This document shows, piece after piece, positions 60,941-64,000 of a stretch of DNA of 64,000 nucleotides. Both the position numbers and the translations under genes were made by a program. The stretch lies in contig JBEEFV010000058.1 of the NCBI GenBank assembly GCA_041166405.1, positions 14,070 to 78,069 of the forward strand. The letters run 5' to 3'. This stretch comes from Actinomycetota bacterium (lineage in GTDB: Bacteria > Actinomycetota > Acidimicrobiia > Acidimicrobiales > JACCXE01). How positions within the stretch are numbered: position 1 is the stretch's first letter; each line of letters opens with the position of its first letter. Under the pieces are notes generated by a model. It was not told where the DNA came from, did not search any database, and saw only the letters and a list, made by a program, of their open reading frames with translations.

Positions 60941-61959
60941 TCACCTTCCTCACCGACGGCGGACAACCCGCCTCGCAAACCCTCGACGCGCTCGTCGCGT
61001 TCATCGACGGCGCCCGCGCCACGCTCGACATGGCGGTGTACGACGCCCACCTCGAACCCCCGTCGCTCGACCGCTTGATCGGCGCGCTCGACGCCGCCGA
61101 AGCGCGCGGCGTACAGGTGCGCGCCGTCTACAACGACGAGTCGCGGACCAAGCCCGGCGTCCCCCCGCCCGAAGGTCCTTCGGCGCTGCAACGTCTCGCC
61201 GCCGCCGTGCCGTCGACCGCCATTCCCGGCGTGCCGGACCTCATGCACCACAAGTACATGGTGCGTGACGGCACCGACCTCTGGACCGGTTCGACGAACT
61301 GGACCGAGGACACGTGGACGCACATGGAGAACGTGATCGTGACGATGTCGTCGGCTGACCTGTGCGCCGCCTACACGAACGACTTCGAAGAGCTGTGGAA
61401 CCGCAAGCAGGTCGAAGGCAGCGGCACCGTCGTCGACGAGCCGGCGACGATCGACGGCGCGTGGGTGCGCGCCATGTTCTCGCCGGCGCGAGGACGCCAA
61501 CTCGGTCAGCGCATCGCCGGTGCCGTGGCGCGCGCCCAGGAACGCATTCGCATCTGTTCACCCGTGTTGACGTCGGGCCCGATCCTGTCGACGTTGGCCG
61601 AGGTGCTCGACGACCGGCGCTGCACCGTGAGCGTCACGGTCGACGGCCCGCAGATGGAACAGGCATTGCGCCAGTGGCGCGACGACGGGCGCGCCCAGTG
61701 GAAAGGACCGCTGTTCGAGCGCGTCCGCAGCGCGGGCGTGTTGGCGGAGAAGCCGTCGCGGCCGTATCAAGCGGGACCACCGCACAACTACATGCACGCC
61801 AAAGTCGTCGTGTGTGACGACATTGTGTTCACCGGTTCGTACAACTGCTCGCACTCGGGGGAGTACAACGCCGAGAACGTCTTGGAGATCCGTAGCCGTG
61901 AAATCGCGGACGAGTGCGCGGCGTTCTGCGATCGTGTGCACGCTCGCTATGCCAAGTGA
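60937..61959 (+). CDS. phospholipase D-superfamily protein (two HKD motifs)
   Basis: HHKYMVRD..TGSTN and HAKVVVCD..TGSYN; TTGA overlap with DUF1003. Confidence 0.9.
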   Translation: MITFLTDGGQPASQTLDALVAFIDGARATLDMAVYDAHLEPPSLDRLIGALDAAEARGVQVRAVYNDESRTKPGVPPPEGPSALQRLAAAVPSTAIPGVPDLMHHKYMVRDGTDLWTGSTNWTEDTWTHMENVIVTMSSADLCAAYTNDFEELWNRKQVEGSGTVVDEPATIDGAWVRAMFSPARGRQLGQRIAGAVARAQERIRICSPVLTSGPILSTLAEVLDDRRCTVSVTVDGPQMEQALRQWRDDGRAQWKGPLFERVRSAGVLAEKPSRPYQAGPPHNYMHAKVVVCDDIVFTGSYNCSHSGEYNAENVLEIRSREIADECAAFCDRVHARYAK

Positions 61960-61963
61960 TGAC

Positions 61964-62485
61964 ATGACCGTCACGCCTGACGACAAAGACTGGACCTGGG
62001 TCATCGAGGCCCGGTGTCCCGAGTGCGGCTTCGACGCGTCGAAGACGGTGTGCACCGACGTTTCCGACATCCTGCGCGGCGCCGTCGGGCGCTGGCACCA
62101 CGTCCTCACGGCGCGCCCCGACGTCCACGAGCGACCGCGCGCCGACATGTGGTCGCCGCTCGAGTACGGCTGCCACGTACGCGACGTGTTCCGGGTGTAC
62201 GACGGCCGCGTTCGTCGGATGCTCGACGAGGACGGACCGCACTACCTCAACTGGGACCAGGACCAGGCCGCCATCGACGACGCGTACGCGTCGCAGGATC
62301 CCGAGGTCGTCGCCGAGGACGTCGTGATCGCCGGAGGACAGCTCGCCGCACTGTTCGACTCCGTGAAGGGCGAGCAGTGGCAGCGCACGGGCTACCGCAG
62401 CGACGGAGCCGCGTTCACCATCGACTCCCTTTCCCGCTACTTCATCCACGACATCGTCCACCACCTCGTCGACGTCGGCGCATAA
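61964..62485 (+). CDS. DinB superfamily protein with N-terminal CxxC
   Basis: PDDKDWTWV...CPECG, WSPLEYGCHVRD and HDIVHH metal triad. Confidence 0.88.
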   Translation: MTVTPDDKDWTWVIEARCPECGFDASKTVCTDVSDILRGAVGRWHHVLTARPDVHERPRADMWSPLEYGCHVRDVFRVYDGRVRRMLDEDGPHYLNWDQDQAAIDDAYASQDPEVVAEDVVIAGGQLAALFDSVKGEQWQRTGYRSDGAAFTIDSLSRYFIHDIVHHLVDVGA

Positions 62486-62502
62486 CGCAAAGCGGCGATT
62501 CG

Positions 62503-62538
62503 CCCAACAAAGGCCCCAGCAAAGGCCCCAACAAAGGC
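62503..62538 (+). repeat. 12-bp tandem repeat x3
   Basis: CCCAACAAAGGC CCCAGCAAAGGC CCCAACAAAGGC. Confidence 0.85.
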
Positions 62539-62624
62539 GCCGTGCGCGCGGTACGCCGCGCAACGCTGCTCAACTCTCAGCCAAGTGGCTAGTCGCACCG
62601 GCGCGGGGGCCGGATAATGCGGAC

Positions 62625-62810
62625 ATGCCAGCCCAAGCGCTCATGCTCGCGTTCGTCGTCATCGCCGGCGCTTGTGTCGGAGTCATCGTCGGTCGCCTCC
62701 TCACTGCAGTCCGGTCAACGGAGGAGGAAGTCGTCGCTTCGCCCGTCGAGTTGATCGTCGTGCGCGAGCTCGACGCCGTTCTCGCTCCGTATCAGCCGAA
62801 GGCGGCATAA
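62625..62810 (+). CDS. small single-TM hypothetical protein
   Basis: N-terminal hydrophobic helix; GATAAT 6 nt before ATG; fills an otherwise empty gap. Confidence 0.6.
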   Translation: MPAQALMLAFVVIAGACVGVIVGRLLTAVRSTEEEVVASPVELIVVRELDAVLAPYQPKAA

Positions 62811-62821
62811 CGTCAGCGGCC

Positions 62822-63781
62822 GTGCGCCGCATCGTGTGTTCTGAGTACGGACCGCCGTCGCTGTTGCAGGTCGTCGAGTCGGACGACCTCACACCGCGTG
62901 CCGGACAAGTCGTCGTCGACGTGCGCGCCGCCGGCGTCAACTTCGTGGACGCGCTGTTCGTGCAAGGCACGTACCAAATCAAGATTCCGCCGCCGTTCAC
63001 GCCAGGCAGCGACTTCGCCGGCGTCGTCTCGGCTGTCGGCGAGGGAGTCGACGGCTGGTCGGTCGGCGACAACGTGCTGGGCACCGCGTTCGGCGCGTAC
63101 GCGTCACAGATGGCAGTGGCGGCGACGTCGCTGACGCGCGTCCCGTCGACGATCGGCCTCGACCAGGCCGCGGCGCTGCTACAGAGCTACTGCACGATGT
63201 GGTTTGCCTACACGCGGCGTATGTCGTTGCAACCGGGCCAACGCGTGCTCGTGCTCGGCGCCGGAGGAGGGATCGGCCTCGCCGCGGTCGACGTGGCGCG
63301 CGGGCTCGGTGCCACGGTGATCGCGGCCGCGTCGTCGGAGGAGAAGTTGGAAGCGGCACGCGCCGCGGGCGCGACCGAAACGATCGACTACTCACACGAG
63401 GATCTCAAGGCGCGCGGCAAGGAGCTGGGTGTCGATGTCGTGGTGGACCCGATCGGCGGAGAACTGGCCGAGCAGGCGCTGCGCGCGAGCGGCTGGATGT
63501 CGACCTACATCGTCATCGGCTTCGCGTCCGGCCCGATCCCGAAGTTCCCGATCAACCTCGTGCTCTTGAACAACCGCACAGTGATCGGCGTCGACTGGGG
63601 CGCATGGACCGGCCGCGACCCCGCCGGCCAACAAGCACTGCTCGCCGAGCTGATGACCGCCGTCGCCGACGGGCGCCTCCATCCACCGATGCCGACGCGT
63701 CGCCCACTCGACGACGTGTCCTCGGTCCTGCAAGAAGCGCTCGACCGCAAACTCGTGGGAAAGACGGTGCTCGTCCCGTAG
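62822..63781 (+). CDS. NADPH:quinone oxidoreductase family (MDR)
   Basis: AAGVNFVD, PFTPG.DFAG, GAGGGIG and GFASG. Confidence 0.92.
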   Translation: MRRIVCSEYGPPSLLQVVESDDLTPRAGQVVVDVRAAGVNFVDALFVQGTYQIKIPPPFTPGSDFAGVVSAVGEGVDGWSVGDNVLGTAFGAYASQMAVAATSLTRVPSTIGLDQAAALLQSYCTMWFAYTRRMSLQPGQRVLVLGAGGGIGLAAVDVARGLGATVIAAASSEEKLEAARAAGATETIDYSHEDLKARGKELGVDVVVDPIGGELAEQALRASGWMSTYIVIGFASGPIPKFPINLVLLNNRTVIGVDWGAWTGRDPAGQQALLAELMTAVADGRLHPPMPTRRPLDDVSSVLQEALDRKLVGKTVLVP

Positions 63782-63803
63782 CCCTCACGCCGCGCGGCGA
63801 GAA

Positions 63804-64000
63804 TCAGTTCGTTGCGACGAAATCCAGGATGAGGTGCGCGACGGTCTCGGGGATCTCTTCGGGGATCCAGTGACTGACGCCCTCCATCACTTCGTACCGG
63901 TACGGACCGGTGACGTAATCGGCCGTGGCGTCGGCGGCGCGGCGCCCGAGGGCGAAGTCGTCGGTGCCGTACACGTACATCGTCGGGATCGTCACCTCAC
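63804..64000 (-). CDS. alpha/beta hydrolase (epoxide hydrolase-like), C-terminal part, truncated by the window edge
   Basis: PTMYVYGTDD.AL and SHWIPEE.P catalytic Asp/His region. Confidence 0.8.
   Translation of the reverse strand, partial: EVTIPTMYVYGTDDFALGRRAADATADYVTGPYRYEVMEGVSHWIPEEIPETVAHLILDFVATN

Noticed and set aside
62503-62538. Possible CRISPR array
   Set aside because: 12-bp units with no spacers, and no cas genes

Overview
High-GC, gene-dense chromosomal segment, most likely from an actinomycete (inferred from an F420-dependent LLM oxidoreductase, a ddaH-rocD-putA/Lrp cluster, DosS-like GAF proteins, an SCO2321-2325-like cobalamin ECF locus and many leaderless-style promoters; possibly Acidimicrobiia). 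About 64 CDS are supportable. They include the oxidative pentose phosphate genes gnd-zwf-pgl, a probable non-phosphorylative L-fucose/sulfated-sugar catabolic set, a cobalamin-riboswitch-controlled ECF transporter with two surface proteins, an amidase/TetR/amine oxidase module, a two-component system, a ROK-ROK-DegT amino-sugar module, SCP2/thiolase lipid genes, arginine/ornithine/proline catabolism, an AbrB plus atypical PIN pair, two GAF-DHp proteins with no kinase domain, gltBD and a PLD operon. I saw no rRNA, tRNA, CRISPR array, transposase or integrase. The best candidates for new biology are: (1) a B12-regulated surface pair resembling a split transcobalamin (alpha-barrel plus beta-domain) feeding an ECF transporter; (2) tandem ATPase-less GAF-HisKA_3 paralogs, one with and one without the phospho-His; (3) a non-canonical PIN/AbrB module; (4) a small protein with a duplicated 10-aa motif differing only by synonymous changes; (5) a dispersed REP-like palindrome family. 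All functional calls come from motif recognition by eye, not database searches. Many start codons were re-assigned from the ORF track.
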